In this document: positions 10,974 to 25,573 of the stretch, piece after piece
Numbering within the stretch: position 1 is the first letter of the stretch
Layout of the letters: each line of letters begins with the position of its first letter
Origin: Octopus vulgaris
Lineage: Eukaryota
DNA: 64,000 bases
Assembly: GCA_951406725.2 (NCBI GenBank)
Contig: OX597821.1
Coordinates: 15,686,001 to 15,750,000, forward strand
Direction: 5' to 3'
Translations under genes and position numbers: made by a program
The notes under the pieces: model-generated
The model's input: the letters and a program-made list of their open reading frames with translations, nothing else
Database searches by the model: none
Told to the model about the DNA's origin: nothing

Positions 10974-11625
10974 TATATATATATATATCTATATATATAT
11001 ATATATATATTATATCTGCATTGTGTTTGTGTACTTTACGTAATATCTTAATGACAATATAGATCAGATCTCACGACTGCATCACTGGTTTACTTCAGAA
11101 CTCCATAGTTTTGATTCGTGCATTTGAAATGAATCCAACATATAACATTTACTAGAATAAATTTCACTTCATTAAGTCTTATGTTTTTTTTCTTTTTTGC
11201 CATGCAATTTCGACATAATTATATCTGTTTATATTCATTTTCTACGTTATATTTATATGATGAAAGTTGACTTGAGGACGTATCTTAAAAATCATATCCC
11301 GAGAAATGTCATTCATAGCACATTCAACAGAAAAAAATTAATTTAATGATATATATGCATATACATACACACACACGTATATATATATAAATATAAATGG
11401 ATAGATAGATAGATAGATATGTAGGTAGATAAATAGATAGAGATAGATAGGTAGATATATAGATAAATTGGTAGCTAGACAGACAGACATATATACATCT
11501 CTATATCTTAATATCTATCTTTATATCTATGTGTTTGTGTGTGTGTACGCGTGTATATATGTGTGTGTGCGTGAGTGTTTATATGAATATATTTATACAA
11601 GTAGATCTATATGCATGCTTATAAA

Positions 11626-11665
<40 letters not shown>

Positions 11666-12585
11666 CGTGTGTGTGTCTGTCTATGTATGTATATTTAAAT
11701 GTTATATATATATGCATAAGCTGATATGCGTGTGTTTGTGTGTGCATGTATCTTCAAATTTTATATGCATATTTTTACACACAATTGTAAGTAGATATTC
11801 GAATGTATGTATTTTTGAAAATGTGAATAGGAGAACGATAGGTATAAATCATAAGAGGATGTTAAAGTACAATATACACTAATTTGTGAGAATGAACTAT
11901 AGAATGGTTAGCACGAACCACTGGAAACAGCGTAGTAAGTAAATGGATTAAAAACATAATGCATTCCAAAGACATGTGTCATGTATCCGAACCAATAGAG
12001 TTAGAAGCCATTTCAACTAATAGCTTTTTTGGCACTCTGTCAAAACCAACAGTGAACCTGGTGTGCTACTAGCCATCATGGAAAACCACCATTGCTTACA
12101 TTCATAATTTTTGTTTTCCAAACAAAGATTGGTAGCAATGCGGTTGGAAATAACAGTCCGGTTAAGTATTTTTGCTATTACGTATAGTAAAGATATCTAT
12201 ATGTGCCTCTGCTGATAACAGTGTATGTAAGATTGCTGAAAATAGTTGTAGTAGTTATTTTTTTATGTAAGTGATGATGATGAGGAATTCTCTTTAGTGA
12301 TTATGTAGGTTGTTGTTAAGAGTCAATCCCCCTGGTGAGTTGCTTGTCAGTGTTTCTCGCCCTGGTTAATAACCAAATCATAGCTCTCTGTTTTCTTGTG
12401 CACGATTATCACTCTACACAATTGAATATGTGTACACTAAATCGCACCTACACAAAATCACACATAGATTAGTATGCATATACATACACGGAAATAGGGA
12501 CGCAGATAGATTGATAGATTTATGCTTTAGAAAGGCACACGTACAAAGTCTGTGCGTGTGTATGTGTGTGTCTATATTTGTGTAT

Positions 12586-12813
12586 AGGCGGCGAGGTGGC
12601 AGAAACGTTAGCACTCCAGGCGAAAAGCTTAGCGGTATTTCGTCTGCCGTTACGTTCTGAGTTCAAATTCCCGATGTCGACTTTGCCATTCATCCTTACG
12701 TGGTCGATAAATTAAGTACCAGTTACGCACTGGGGTCGATGTAATCGACTTAATCCGTTTGTCTGTCCTTGTTTGTCCCCTCTGTGTTTAGCCCCTTGTG
12801 GGTAATAAAGAAA
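12586..12813 (+). mobile_element. SINE family B, full length
   Basis: Closely matches the 6449 copy; probable 11-bp duplication TATATTTGTGT at 12573 and 12816. Confidence 0.92.
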
Positions 12814-12988
12814 CATATATTTGTGTGTCATGCACGAGAGGTAGTCCTATGCTTGGGAAAAGAGGCACAATGATGTAAAAGAAGAGAAATGTATTTTTAG
12901 ACAGACATTATAAGAATTGACATACAGTGTCTCCGGAAACACTCTGTATGTTTCACAGATAAAGAATCATAATACTTTATAAATATAT

Positions 12989-13400
12989 AGGCGCAGGAGT
13001 GGCTGTGTGGTAAGTAGCTTGCTAACCAACCACATAGTTTCGGTTTCAGTCCGATTGTGTGGCATCTTGGGCAAGTGACTTCTGCTATAGCCCCGGGTCG
13101 ACCAATGCCTTGGGAGTGGATTTGGTAGACGAAAACTGAAAGAAGCCTCTCGTATATATGTATATATATATATATGTATGTGTGTGTGTTTGTGTGTCTG
13201 TGTTTGTCCCCCTAGCATTGCCTGACAACCGATGCTGGTGTGTTGACGTCCCTGTCACTTAGCGGTTCGGCAAAAGAGACCGATAGAATAAGTACTGGGC
13301 TTACAAAGAATAAGTTCTGGGGTCGATTTGCTCGACTAAAGGCGGTGCTCCAGCATGGCCGTAGTCAAATGACTGAAACAAGTAAAAGAGAGTAAAAGAG
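12989..13400 (+). mobile_element. SINE family A, full length
   Basis: Colinear with the 4638 copy; (GTAAAAGA) tail. Confidence 0.93.
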
Positions 13401-14101
13401 GATATGTTTAATTTATAGTTTCATTTATGTAAGTTACTGTTGGCTTGTATATGATTTTTACCAACTCACTTCCAAGGTATCGCTATCCAGTTATTATGAG
13501 TGATATTCATATATACATCCATTGCTGCACGTAGTACGTATTGTGTTCGTATTCTGTGCTTATCACGGTTTTTGTTTATTGTAAGAAATTTTGAAATTAT
13601 TAGATTATTATTACTAGAGGAGTTTGAAAACTGTTGATTTGGTTGATATTCTCAATACCTGAAAAAAGCTATTTACAGAACAAACGTGACTATGCATATA
13701 CAACATATTGCTTTTTAACGTGTACTTTGAGGAATCTAATTCAGATGAGAAAATAAAAAGCATCTGTCAGTTTCTTATTCTAATTATGGAAACTGTTTTG
13801 CATTAGCTATCTTCCTCTTTGTCTATGAGTAAAATTTTGAATATCTTATTTACCAAAGTAAGTAGTTGTGTCTACGCCGTTTCTGTTCAGCTGCATTAAA
13901 TGTTCATTGAATATATCGCTAGCCATGCCACGGATATATGCAACGATGAAGTAAATTTTTGTCTTAATCAGATCAGTGTGACACAGCTTGTGCATTTGAA
14001 TAATAGTTACAATCTACCAGACAGGTGCCGGGCAACTCCCCTCTACTCATTTCCTCTCTGTTTGGGTTGGCCTAAGGTAAGGTTAAACAATACGTATCAT
14101 A

Positions 14102-15023
14102 TTAGGTTGTTCCGAAAAATACAGTCATATTTCTGAAAAACGTTTTCTAAAATTCGATTCCAAATGTTATTTTTGTAATATTTTAAACGAAATTTTACAT
14201 GCTTAATAACTGATGTAAACCCTGCAACAAATTTTTATCGATTTCTTCCAGATTATAATTTTAAAGAGTAATCTTTAATTTCAAGCTTGAAGAAAGAAAT
14301 GCGTTTACATTATTTTTCATAAATTAAAGCTTGGACTTAATGCTTCTTAAACAGTCGACAATATGAACAGACCATGGGATGAAGGGCCCACTGGTGATGG
14401 GACAGTATGACGGTGGTTTGAGTCATTCTGAAGAGAGACATTTGAGACATTCTAATGAGAGCCTTGACGGTCAACAAAGCTAAAGGAGTCCTTCCCTTTG
14501 TGATGATCAGTATTTAAAAACAATGCCCAATCAAAACCTACTACAAATTGTCAGAGAAATATTTCATATGCTTGGTGTCTGTGAGAAACTTGAAGAAATG
14601 CGTGTTGACTTGTGCGAAATGTGACCTGCACTTGTTAATCGACGTGGTCCAATTCCGCTCCCCAACAACGCTCGACCACACATTTCCAGGATGAAACTAC
14701 AGAAGCTCACAGACTTGCAAATACGAGACTTGACCACAATTTCCGTATTCCCCTTGTCCACCGACTACCAATTTATCAAGCATATAGACAGCAAAATATC
14801 CTTCCGTTCTAAAACCGAGATCGAAACTAAATTTAAGGATTTCTTGGCATCAAGACCTTTAGATTTTTATCGAAGAGGCATAAGTGGCCGTGTTAATCGA
14901 TGGGAGAAATGCACAGCTTATTCAAGTATCATATTTTGAATAATTAAACCTTTGTGCTACTTCAATTTTTCAAGAATATGGGTATATTTTTAAAATAATC
15001 TATACTTTTCCGAACAACACTAA
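14102..15023 (+). mobile_element. Mariner DNA transposon, internally deleted and degenerate
   Basis: Terminal inverted repeats TTAGGTTGTTCCGAAAA / TTTTCCGAACAACACTAA flanked by TA; remnants NNARPH, STDYQFIKH, DFYRRGISGRVNRWEKC. Confidence 0.85.
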
Positions 15024-16141
15024 TAGTTCCCTAACCGAGGGATCAATCCTAAGTTTTTCGTGACTGCGAAGCAAACTTCTTAACTTTGTGAACTGTTTGT
15101 TCACAAGACGCTATAAACCTTGCCATATCTTCACGGTAGTCTATGAAATAGATTTTGACTTCATATTTATAACTTCACAGTGTTGAGTTCAAATTGACAA
15201 CTACAGGTGTAACAGAACAGTAACATGTTCTAATGCCAAAGAGATTGTAATAGAAACAATGATAAATAGTAAATTAAACGTCATTCATTCCATTCTTCAT
15301 TCAGTGCCATGGTGCTGGGAGGCAGAAATAATGGATTATTTATGGCTATTAAAATTGATTCCGTTCAGTAAAATGTTATTGCTCCATGCGTTAGGGATGC
15401 CTCATAGGAAATAAAACTACTGACATAAGCAATAATGATTGCACATAGGAATTATATTTGATTGTCTCTCACGTAATATTTTATATTACGAATTCTGTAC
15501 ATATCAGTTTATTTTCTGCGTTTTCATTAACATACTATTGTATTCCTTTGTAGATTAAAGATGGGGATATGATTATACATGTGTACGGATAATGCTTTAT
15601 AGAATTATCACTTAATAGTTTCCTTCACGCACACATATACGCACACACGGAGAAATAAAATAAAACATTACGACAGCTGTAAATATCACATCGCTGATTT
15701 TCAAAGTTACATTCTCTTGTCTGATGAAATGGTCAATACATTAGAGAAATGAAACAAGTATTAATACAATGAATATATACAGTTGTATATACCCATACAC
15801 TTATTGGCACACTCTCAGACTTGCACAGGCAGACTCCTTTACATAAATAAATAATAGCGTACATGTGCAACATATGAGGGGAGTAATAGCAAAATTCTAG
15901 TCATTCGTGAAATACTCGCAAAGGCAGCCATGTAACCGCATATATATAAATGTATGTATGTGTATAGTATATGTATGGTTGTAAATACGATCTCGAGTCC
16001 CTTATATCCAGAATAAATGTAAAAGTCACTAGTAATGCAAAAAAGCAGATCTCTCTCTCCCACTCTGACACACACATTCAGACGCGCAGACACACACACA
16101 CACACACACACATATACATGCACACGCACATACACTCACAT

Positions 16142-16177
<36 letters not shown>

Positions 16178-16232
16178 TTATATATACATATATTTACTTA
16201 TATACATGCATATATACAGACATATATATATA

Positions 16233-16310
<78 letters not shown>

Positions 16311-16805
16311 TAGATAGATAGATAGATAGATATATAGATATATTTACATACATACATTATACATACACGCACTGAATATCCTTTCAAATCGATAAAGAAT
16401 ACCAACTGAGTGTAATTTCCCCTTCAGTTTTACTACTGCTAGATAATAGGTAAACAAATCACAAAGACTGGTCAAGGAATATGATAATATAATGTGGAAA
16501 GAAAGCAAATAATGTTGAACGTACAGGATTTGAAAGTATATATTTGACATAAGGGAATCATCACGTATTGTACTTATAAAGAACAATTTAATGAATGGGA
16601 CAGAATAGATTGGATTACAGTTGGTTTACATAATGGCAAGGAATGACAACATAATTCAATCAGATTTCTGCTCGTAATTTATGTACGCACATAATCGAGC
16701 AGCCATATTAATGTGTGTGGATATGTGGTAGGTTGTGTATTGTATTTTTGTTCTGTGAAGCTTGAGTCGCGGGAAACGAATTACTTGATACACACACACA
16801 CACGG

Positions 16806-16893
<88 letters not shown>

Positions 16894-16896
<3 letters not shown>

Positions 16897-17283
16897 CGCA
16901 GGAGTGGCAGTGTGGTAAGTAGCTAGCTTACCAACCACATGGATCCAGGTTCAGTCCCACTGCGTGGCACCTTGGACAAGTGTCTTCCAATATAGCCTCG
17001 GACCAACCAAAGTCTTGTGAGTAGATTTGGTAGACGGAAACTGAAAGAAGCCTGTCGTATATATGTATACATGTATGAATGTGTGCGTATATGTTTCTGT
17101 GTAGCTTGTCAACTGATGCTGGTGTGTTTACGTCCCATAACTTAGCGATTAGGCAAAAGAGACCGATAGAATAAGTACTAGGTTTACGAAGATTAAGTCC
17201 TGGAGTCGATTTGCTCGACTAAAGGCGGTGCACCAGCATGGCCACAGTCAAAAGACTGAAACAAGTAACAGAGAGTAACAGAA
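16894..17283 (+). mobile_element. SINE family A, full length
   Basis: Colinear with the other family A copies; starts right after (TA)n. Confidence 0.92.
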
Positions 17284-17292
17284 TAGTTTTAT

Positions 17293-17357
<65 letters not shown>

Positions 17358-18049
17358 GTGTATGCATATATTTGTATTTATCAGCAACTCACCTTCCAAT
17401 TACATTTTACCACTTTAAACTAGAGGTATTTTGCTCAGTTTTATTTCCCAAGGATATGATTGCAAACATGTACTTTGTGATAAATTGTAATATTTAACTT
17501 AAAATGTATGAAGAAATATGTTGCTGAATCTTGAAACTATGGTTACTAAATTATTATCAATTCATTTTATATATTACAATTGCTTACACAGACATTGAAA
17601 TTTCTCAGCTACACCATGTTTTATATAGGCTATCTCAGTAAATGTCATTTAATTTTGATCAGCTTTGTAGTAACTGTTTGTGGAGAGCTAAGTATAAAGA
17701 ATGATAATTGATTTGAAACTATATATTTGCTGGTACTTCCTGCTGAGAATCCTGTAAAATCACGGGAGATATGACGAATCAATGTACGAAGCTATGATAT
17801 TCACGTGCTTCTTCGAAAGATAAAGGCCAGAAATCAAAAACAATCGCGAGGAATACAGGTATCAATTCCTTCCTTAACTGTCACAATAAATTTTGTAATA
17901 ATTCCGCGATCATTACAATGCATGTATGCTCACCTACACTCCCAAGCGTTCACATACACACACACACACATACATACACTCATACATACATACACAAACA
18001 CATGCACATACATACACACATACATGCTCACATAATACATACATATACA

Positions 18050-18740
18050 TGGATGATAGAAACTCTACACCAGCGGCCGTAGTGAATGCCATTGAAAAAC
18101 TGACGACAAAATGGCACACTGTTATCCTAGAAACTATGAAAGCAACACACAGAATTAAGCTTTCAACATGCATATTTTTAGGCGATAGTTTGTCTGTGAT
18201 GTTGTTTGTATTGGCAGGTACCTCCTTGTCATTCCTTTTAACAAAAATACCGTTTCTGGGATGTGCAGAAGAAAATAATATCAATATCTCCAACTCATTT
18301 TTTGATGACATAAAGTTATATTCTGCTAATATAATAAGCATGAAGAGACAATTGGAATGGAGTTGGGAATAATAAATGCCCATACATGATTATCAACCGA
18401 GAAAAGATTATCGAACAGACAGAGAACATATATGTCAACGCCTTGGCTATCTCCCCTATCTCTAATAAAACATTCCAGTAACCCGGAATTGTTGAGAATG
18501 TTGCATACGTTAGTTGTCTTACCAAAGCGAGAATAACAAAAGATATGGGAAAATAGGAACTTAGAGCTGTTTGCAGTTAATGTATATCTGAAAACCTTTA
18601 CAGTGACAGTGCTAGTACCAATATTTAGGATATTAAACTGGACACAGGACGAGATACGCAGCTTGGACATCAAATCCAAGAAGGTACTGACCATCACTAG
18701 CAACTTCTCCATTGACAGCAACACCGACAGAATCTCAAAC
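18050..18740 (+). pseudogene. R4/Dong-like reverse transcriptase remnant
   Basis: IFLGDSLSVMLF (GIFQGDSLS motif), FDDIKLY, then ILNWTQDEIRSLDIKSKKVLT; stops and frameshifts. Confidence 0.8.
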
Positions 18741-20098
18741 ATACATACAACCACACACACACACACACACACACATTCATACAGCCACACCCACATACAC
18801 GCACACACATATACAACCACACACAGATAAATCGTTGTAGATGAATTTTTGTAGGCAAACTGTTGTAGATGAATTCACATAGAATCGGCCAGTTAAGTGT
18901 CTGCCAGTTTGTTCAATATAAACATAAATTTTCATTTAAGTTTATATTAGAATAAGTTTATATTAAAAAGTTTATATTAGAAAAGGTATCTCTTAGATGG
19001 GTAGAAGTTAGAAGTATCATATCCATTCTTTAATTTCTGTGCTTCAATGGAAATGGTCTCTCTTCTACATGTCACTACCAAATGACTTACGTCTAAATAT
19101 GACTTTCTAGCAAAATGAAATTCCAACACGTTCTGTTTCATGTTATAAAGAATTAGTTTTGATGTTGTTAGTTTTGCATCTGAGGTGAAGCTCTATATAA
19201 GGTAAAAAAGATAAACAAGAGATTCTTTTAAATTATTGTTCTATATTCTAGATATCATAAAAGTTACCTGTTACGTACCTTAAAGAAATATTAGGGTTAA
19301 GACAGCTATAGGATATATTTGATCCTTATTCAGAAGAATCAGGTATGATTTGTATGTTTTGTAATTATGTTTAGTATATATTATGTACATATCAACTGAA
19401 ATCATAAAATTAAGGGATAATCCTATTTTAAAGAAATGTGAATTCATTAATAATGTCAGGTTTCACCATGTGCGCGTTAAGGCTCCTTTGTTGGTATACT
19501 GACCACAGATTTATACGTACAGACAAAATAGCATAAGTTGATTTCTATTCGATTTTGTGCAAACGTATGAACGTGAAATGAAACATATAAGAATATTTGT
19601 TTAACAGAAGAAAATATATAGAATAGCCTAGAAGGAAACTAGTTGAAAGAAAAGGAAAAATGGGAAGACGTTCTGCCAAGAGATAAAAGGCGGTCAAGAG
19701 ATTATAACATATACAGAGACGATATGATGTTCTAACTTTTCAAATATTATCTATAGTTTCTTATACAAAAGAGATTAGTCGATAAATGAATTTTATTGTG
19801 ATAACCTAAAAACAGCTTAGAGAAAGAGAACAGAGCAGCGATATTTGAAGGAATGTTTGATAACAAAGAATTCAGTTTCAGTGAAGATATGAATATTGAC
19901 TTATTCCCATGTAGATGTGGATATTGAATAGTCCATAGAACATAGAATATTGATGGGCCCTTCTTCAAACATGTTTTATCGACCGGATGAAGTCGGCAAA
20001 TAATATTTTGGCCTGAAACCAAAATGCCACGGAAACAGAGAGAGAGAGGCAATGAGATGATGATGGCATACACACACACACACAAACACACACGCACA

Positions 20099-20143
<45 letters not shown>

Positions 20144-20196
20144 TTATATATGGATGCATGTATACATATATATATGTATGTATATATATATGGATG

Positions 20197-20239
<43 letters not shown>

Positions 20240-20295
20240 ATATACATATATATATATACATAAATACATATATGTATATACATACATATATATAT

Positions 20296-20341
<46 letters not shown>

Positions 20342-20361
20342 GCTTGCGTTTATGTATGTGA

Positions 20362-20421
<60 letters not shown>

Positions 20422-21749
20422 ATTGAGATATCGTGAGAAAACTAAATCATGAGAAAAGCGTAGGAGAGAAAATAAAATATGAAATGCTTCCATCATACAT
20501 GCATTCAATTGCTGCTTCAAAGTAATGGGGAGAAAATTTCGTAGACGGATTTTATATTTAGAAAACATTTATTGGTTGTTGTTTTGATGGTCACAGAGGG
20601 AGCCGTAAAGATTCCTCATTGGAGTGTATTTCACGTGAATTGTTAAATATACGTGCAGCTACAACTATTTCATGCACTCACAGCTGCAGAGTTATGAGTC
20701 TGTGAAGTACATCCTAGATTGAAATCCTATTCTAGAAGTCATTTAAAAAATGAACATGATCAGTTCTGCGTTGGTTTTGTTTGAATTAGTAATATTTCCC
20801 TGGCTTCAAACATTGCGATATTTAAATATGATCATGTAACTTTTACCATGCATTCCATCTGTCATGGCATCTTTTAGTATGCCATTATACCAAGTACATG
20901 TATCTCTTCACCAGTTGTAGAGCAGAATTAAAATGGAGTCGCACTTACAGTTCACAGTAAAGGAGTTTTAATGTACCGGTTCAGAAAATTTTACCGTATA
21001 TTGAGCGAAGAATATGAGATTTATTCTCCGGCGCTATTGCAAGAAAGTATTAAGACCAGTGTGATACGAACGAATTTTAACTAAAGACATTTTCCTTATT
21101 ACCCACTTCAAGAAGAGAAGCAAGGAATCGAGATATTTTGCCTTTGACTACTCTTCAAACGTTTCCGATTAAGATCTTACCCGACTAACTTATCCCACTA
21201 ACGCAGCCAAGAATTCAATATTTCCCAGACTCTATTTATTTAAACTACTGTGTACGAGGAGAGAACGTAGTGAATGATCGATACTAGTAGAAGCAAAAAA
21301 TCTTTTATGGGACCCAGAATTTTTAGTTCAAACCAGCAAGCTCCAAATACCACTCTAATGAATATGGTCATAGAAGTAATTGAATTGGAACTTCCTCACC
21401 GCAATCCAGCAGACACACTGCTTGTCTCAGACAAGTGGGTCGTATTCTGCATTGCCCTACCTAGTCACAAGTGGTCCTCCTAAATTAAGTATGAATATCT
21501 GCGAAGCTCTCACAAAAGATGTGCTTTCAATATTCTTTGAGAAAAAAGTTTAAAGATAACGAGAATAATGAGAGGAATAGGAAGCTTAACACTAACAACA
21601 AGTCCAGAAAATAGATTGTGCAGAGAAAAGTTCGTAGCCGGTCGAAATAGTTGAAATGCAAAAGGTCAATGACATCCTTGGATAGCAGATCGAAAACCCA
21701 TCGGATATGCAGTTGGTTCAAAGTTTATAAAAGAACAAACAGCTGTCAA

Positions 21750-22230
21750 CAACGGCTTTGGGTAATATATAGAAGACTTGCTTAATCGTGGCTGTTAAAC
21801 CAGCCAGATGTTCTGCTAGAGAAAAGACGTTTCGGCTTGAATTAATGCTGCATGATATATAGATATATAGGACTAATAACAATCCTTTATGCAATACATG
21901 ACACGGACCGAGACATTATGATTGGTATAAGTGATAGGACCAATAGTGCTGTTGTCAAAAGGAGATATGAATCATGATTGTGGTGCTATAGACGAATCAC
22001 GCTTTTGTGAAACCTTTGAAAATTTTCAGCAAGAGTCTTGCTCGTCCTTCTTGGTTAACTCATCCCACTATCAGAGACCCGTATTTCAATATGGTTTTGT
22101 TTCTTCCACAGACATTATGAATTATCTGTGAATACTATGAACCGGAGAAATATTGTTAGCATAACAGGTCTGAGTATATTCCTCATCTGCAGCATTTGAT
22201 ACCATTAATCATGGAACTCCGTAAAAAATG
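21750..22230 (+). pseudogene. Degenerate non-LTR reverse transcriptase remnant (RTE/RTEX-like)
   Basis: Fragments GPIVLL, FQYGF and SAAFDTINH in the order expected for RT N-terminal motifs. Confidence 0.55.
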
Positions 22231-22699
22231 CTAACTGTATTTCGTTACGACACCCATGGTCCTCTACACACAAACACACACAAATATACACACACACCAA
22301 AAAAACCAAAAACAAATTCATTGTTTCTGCACAACATGAAAGTCGAAGTGTGGTGCCTGTCTTCCATAACGGACAAACTGAACATGAGAAACCAAGTAAT
22401 TTAGGGATGAGTAATCGCTCGTATGGTCTTTTGGATCTCCTTCACAATTATCCACAGACATGCTTTATGAAAATCTTTATTTGGTATCGAGATTAGTATA
22501 GTACATATGACAAGCACTTAAACACTTGCAAATTCCATGTTCAAATAAAAGATTGTAAATCCACACTATACAACGTTGGGATTAAACAACCTGCTTGAAA
22601 AGATTATGCTGATTTTACTCCGTTTTTCGTGAACTCTGCAGATGCTCCAACATACAGTTGTCTAAATTTGAACTTAAGACAACTTTTGTTTGAAGAAGC

Positions 22700-23060
22700 A
22701 GATAGAGGTTTGTCCACAGAGAGTACCGTGATAACTGAGAGAAAGACAAAAAAAGACATATTAATAAATCCTGCCTTTTATATCGGCCTAAAGCTGTGTG
22801 ATTAAATTGAATTGTGATGCGTAGAAAAATTTAGCAAAGCTGACCATAGGGATAAATTGACAGATCGTAGTAAATATAGGTTATTTCCAATATCTGACGA
22901 GTTACTTATGTAAGAACGTCGATGTTGATGTGGAGAGCGCGTAAAGTGTGATAGAAGAACTTGTGATTGTCGCTATGAGACGAATGTAGATTGTAATACA
23001 TGACAAGCTTGTACCTAGTTATGATATATAAGGCAGCTGTTTAATTAATGGCTCCGAAAG
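22700..23060 (+). pseudogene. Degenerate RTE-like remnant (post-RT region)
   Basis: FQYLTSYL...DVDV resembles the FKYLGS motif, followed by a VMI(Y)GS-like fragment. Confidence 0.35.
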
Positions 23061-23300
23061 TTAAATGGGACGTCAAATTTCGCAAATTTGTCCCCATAAC
23101 CATCTGAGGAAATTGACGAACATGCAGGGAAGAACTTGAAGACAACTATCAACGTACGCAATCAAGTTAATTTCACCTGCATTGATATTATGATTACATG
23201 ATATCAGTTTTGATATGCTGTTCACGTCATGAAAATGGTATTTAAAGAGAAATAGAAAATGATGGGCCAACATACACACATACATATATATATGTGTGTC

Positions 23301-23339
<39 letters not shown>

Positions 23340-23902
23340 AAAACAATTGATACTGATTTAAAATTATGTTCAGTACTGTTTGTATATAACAATTATATTT
23401 TTCTAATAATGATGATCATGATGATGATGATCACTACAGCGACTACATGATGATATTAATGATAATGAAAAAGAAGGAAAGTGTGGGGTGCTTTTCAAGA
23501 ATCTATTTTTATATTTAACACTGGAGCTTTGCTGGTGCAAAAATATTCAGAGAATAGCTGTGTTTAACTATCCTGTTAGAATTATTGGCGAATGAAGGAC
23601 GATTATCATACGAAGCATGTGCAGTTTACTTCTTCGAAATTCATTCACAATGAATTTGTCAACCCAGAGCAACATCAGAAAAAACAAAACTAAAATACCT
23701 TCCTAGGGGCTTAAATCTGAGACCCCACTACTCTCTGTATATTTCGAGATCTCTTCACGCAATACTTATAGTAAACTAAAATCTATAGAGTTGAGCAAAA
23801 TAACGTAAAATAGGGTATGTAAAGTTTATAAAAAGCTAATTTTACAATCAGAAATATTAAATTTCTAAATCTCTCATAGAGATATGTACGGTGGTGGGGC
23901 GA

Positions 23903-24158
23903 TAGAATGGTTGTATACTGTCAATCTAACGTGAACGTGACACCACCGCTGTTTAGCCCTAGGAAGCATCGACGCTTCCTGCTGGCTTCGACACATTTTT
24001 CCAGTGGATAAATATATAAATGTATAAAATGTATATAAGGACACAGGAAAAATGTGTCGAAGCCAGCAGGAAGCGTCGATGCTTCCTAGGGCTAAACAAC
24101 GGTGGTGTAACCCCCTACTGTCACGTTCACGTTAGATTGACAGTATACAACCATTCTA
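23903..24158. repeat. Near-perfect ~104-bp inverted repeat, probably Penelope-like pseudo-LTR derived
   Basis: Arms 23903-24006 and 24042-24158 with a 13-nt indel; shares TTTAGCC..AGGAAG...GCTGGCT...TGTGTCC with 47499-47549. Confidence 0.8.
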
Positions 24159-25149
24159 ATTTTAAATGAAATATGAATTTCATTGGAATAAATATCAATT
24201 CACCTTATATATTTATTTAGAGAAGGAGTTCAATTTTGGGTGTCTTAAGTCTAGTGGCCGTAGAGTGAAGTAACAACGTCTTGTATTCTTGTTTCGATAG
24301 CAACTTTATTGGAGTGGAATGAGACGTGGAATATTAGAATATCAACTGTGCTGATATTGTCAGTAAGCGTAAATGATATTTAGTATAAACGAGACGATGC
24401 GAAAGATTTTTTAAATATGAAATGATTACAAATCCTGTTCTCAATATTTGCATAGTAATCAAATATCGGAGACACATAGCACAAGATTCACATAATATCA
24501 TTGACCTTTGGATAACATGAAACTAATTCATATATGAAGATACCCTTCTGCTGCAGAAATATTAGAAACCTTAAGAAGATACAAAGTAATGAAGAAAGCA
24601 AGAAGTAGCCAACTTCTAACAATTCATACTTTTTGGACTGATGTTCTCTGATTATTTTGTGACAATATCCATTTAAGTTATCGGCAAAGAGCAAATATGT
24701 ATACAAGGGTTTCTTACTAATCTGATTTTTATGCCTTTTGTTCAGAAGCATGAAATCTATCAAGATAAGATTTCGCTTGATTGTTTAGCACAAATCCAAG
24801 AATAGGCAGTATAAAATCAGTAGCATGGTTATATCAATGTTTGTATTCGGAAATTATATTTTTGCGTGTATACTGAAAATCTCTGAAGAGTTTGTATAAC
24901 AAATCCTGTCTTTCATTGAAGTTGTTACATTTGCTATATTTCCGCCTTTACTTCTAGCATGTAATCAATCTCCTTGGTATATATCTATAGATCTACATAC
25001 GCAGCCTAAGCCCCGTAATTCAGATATTTAAATAAATGTGCGTGAATACCATTACAAACGCAAGCACGCACACACTCACACATGCACACACACTCACATA
25101 TAAGTACGCATGTGTGTGTTTGTGTGTGTGTGTACTGTGTCTTATGACG

Positions 25150-25573
25150 ACTTAAAAGTGAATGTTGTGTTAGAACACACAATACTGCGATATTTACCCC
25201 CAGGGTATCTGTGACATGGTTTTGTGCTGCATAGAAGCACTCTTGTTTACACAGCTAGCGGGGAATTATCATTGCCACCGCTACCATGAGTATTAGTTCA
25301 TTCAGTTTCGATCATTGGCGTTGCGAATAGTAAATACCTGAGAGCTGGAAATAGCAGAAACCGTTCCGCTATCGGTTATACATAAAATCACTCAGGCAAA
25401 TCAGGCACTGCTGTCACCAAAAGCATGTGGGCTTATTAAAAATAATTAAAGGGCAGAAATAGTAAAACTAATCACTACTTAAAAGTAAACGTCGTGCTAC
25501 AACACAATACTGCGATATTTACCACAGTAGAATCTCACATGTGATTCAGTGGTGCATATAAGCACTCTTGTTT
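25150..25573. repeat. Diverged ~97-bp direct repeat pair
   Basis: ACTTAAAAGT...ACACAATACTGCGATATTTACC...AAGCACTCTTGTTTA at 25150-25248 and 25477-25573. Confidence 0.8.

Noticed and set aside
15716-15758. CTTGT-CTGATGA-AATG..CATT...ACAAG hammerhead-like start
   Set aside because: No GAAA directly after helix II and no UH site; consistent with chance in AT-rich DNA.
21826-21840. Minus-strand GCCGAAACGTC, a hammerhead second half
   Set aside because: No CUGANGA partner, and it lies inside a plus-strand RT remnant.
22888-22927. CAATATC-TGACGA-GTTAC..GTAA-GAACGTC-GATGTTG hammerhead-like fold
   Set aside because: Two core nucleotides are missing and the same bases read as an RTE-like coding remnant (FQYLTSYL).
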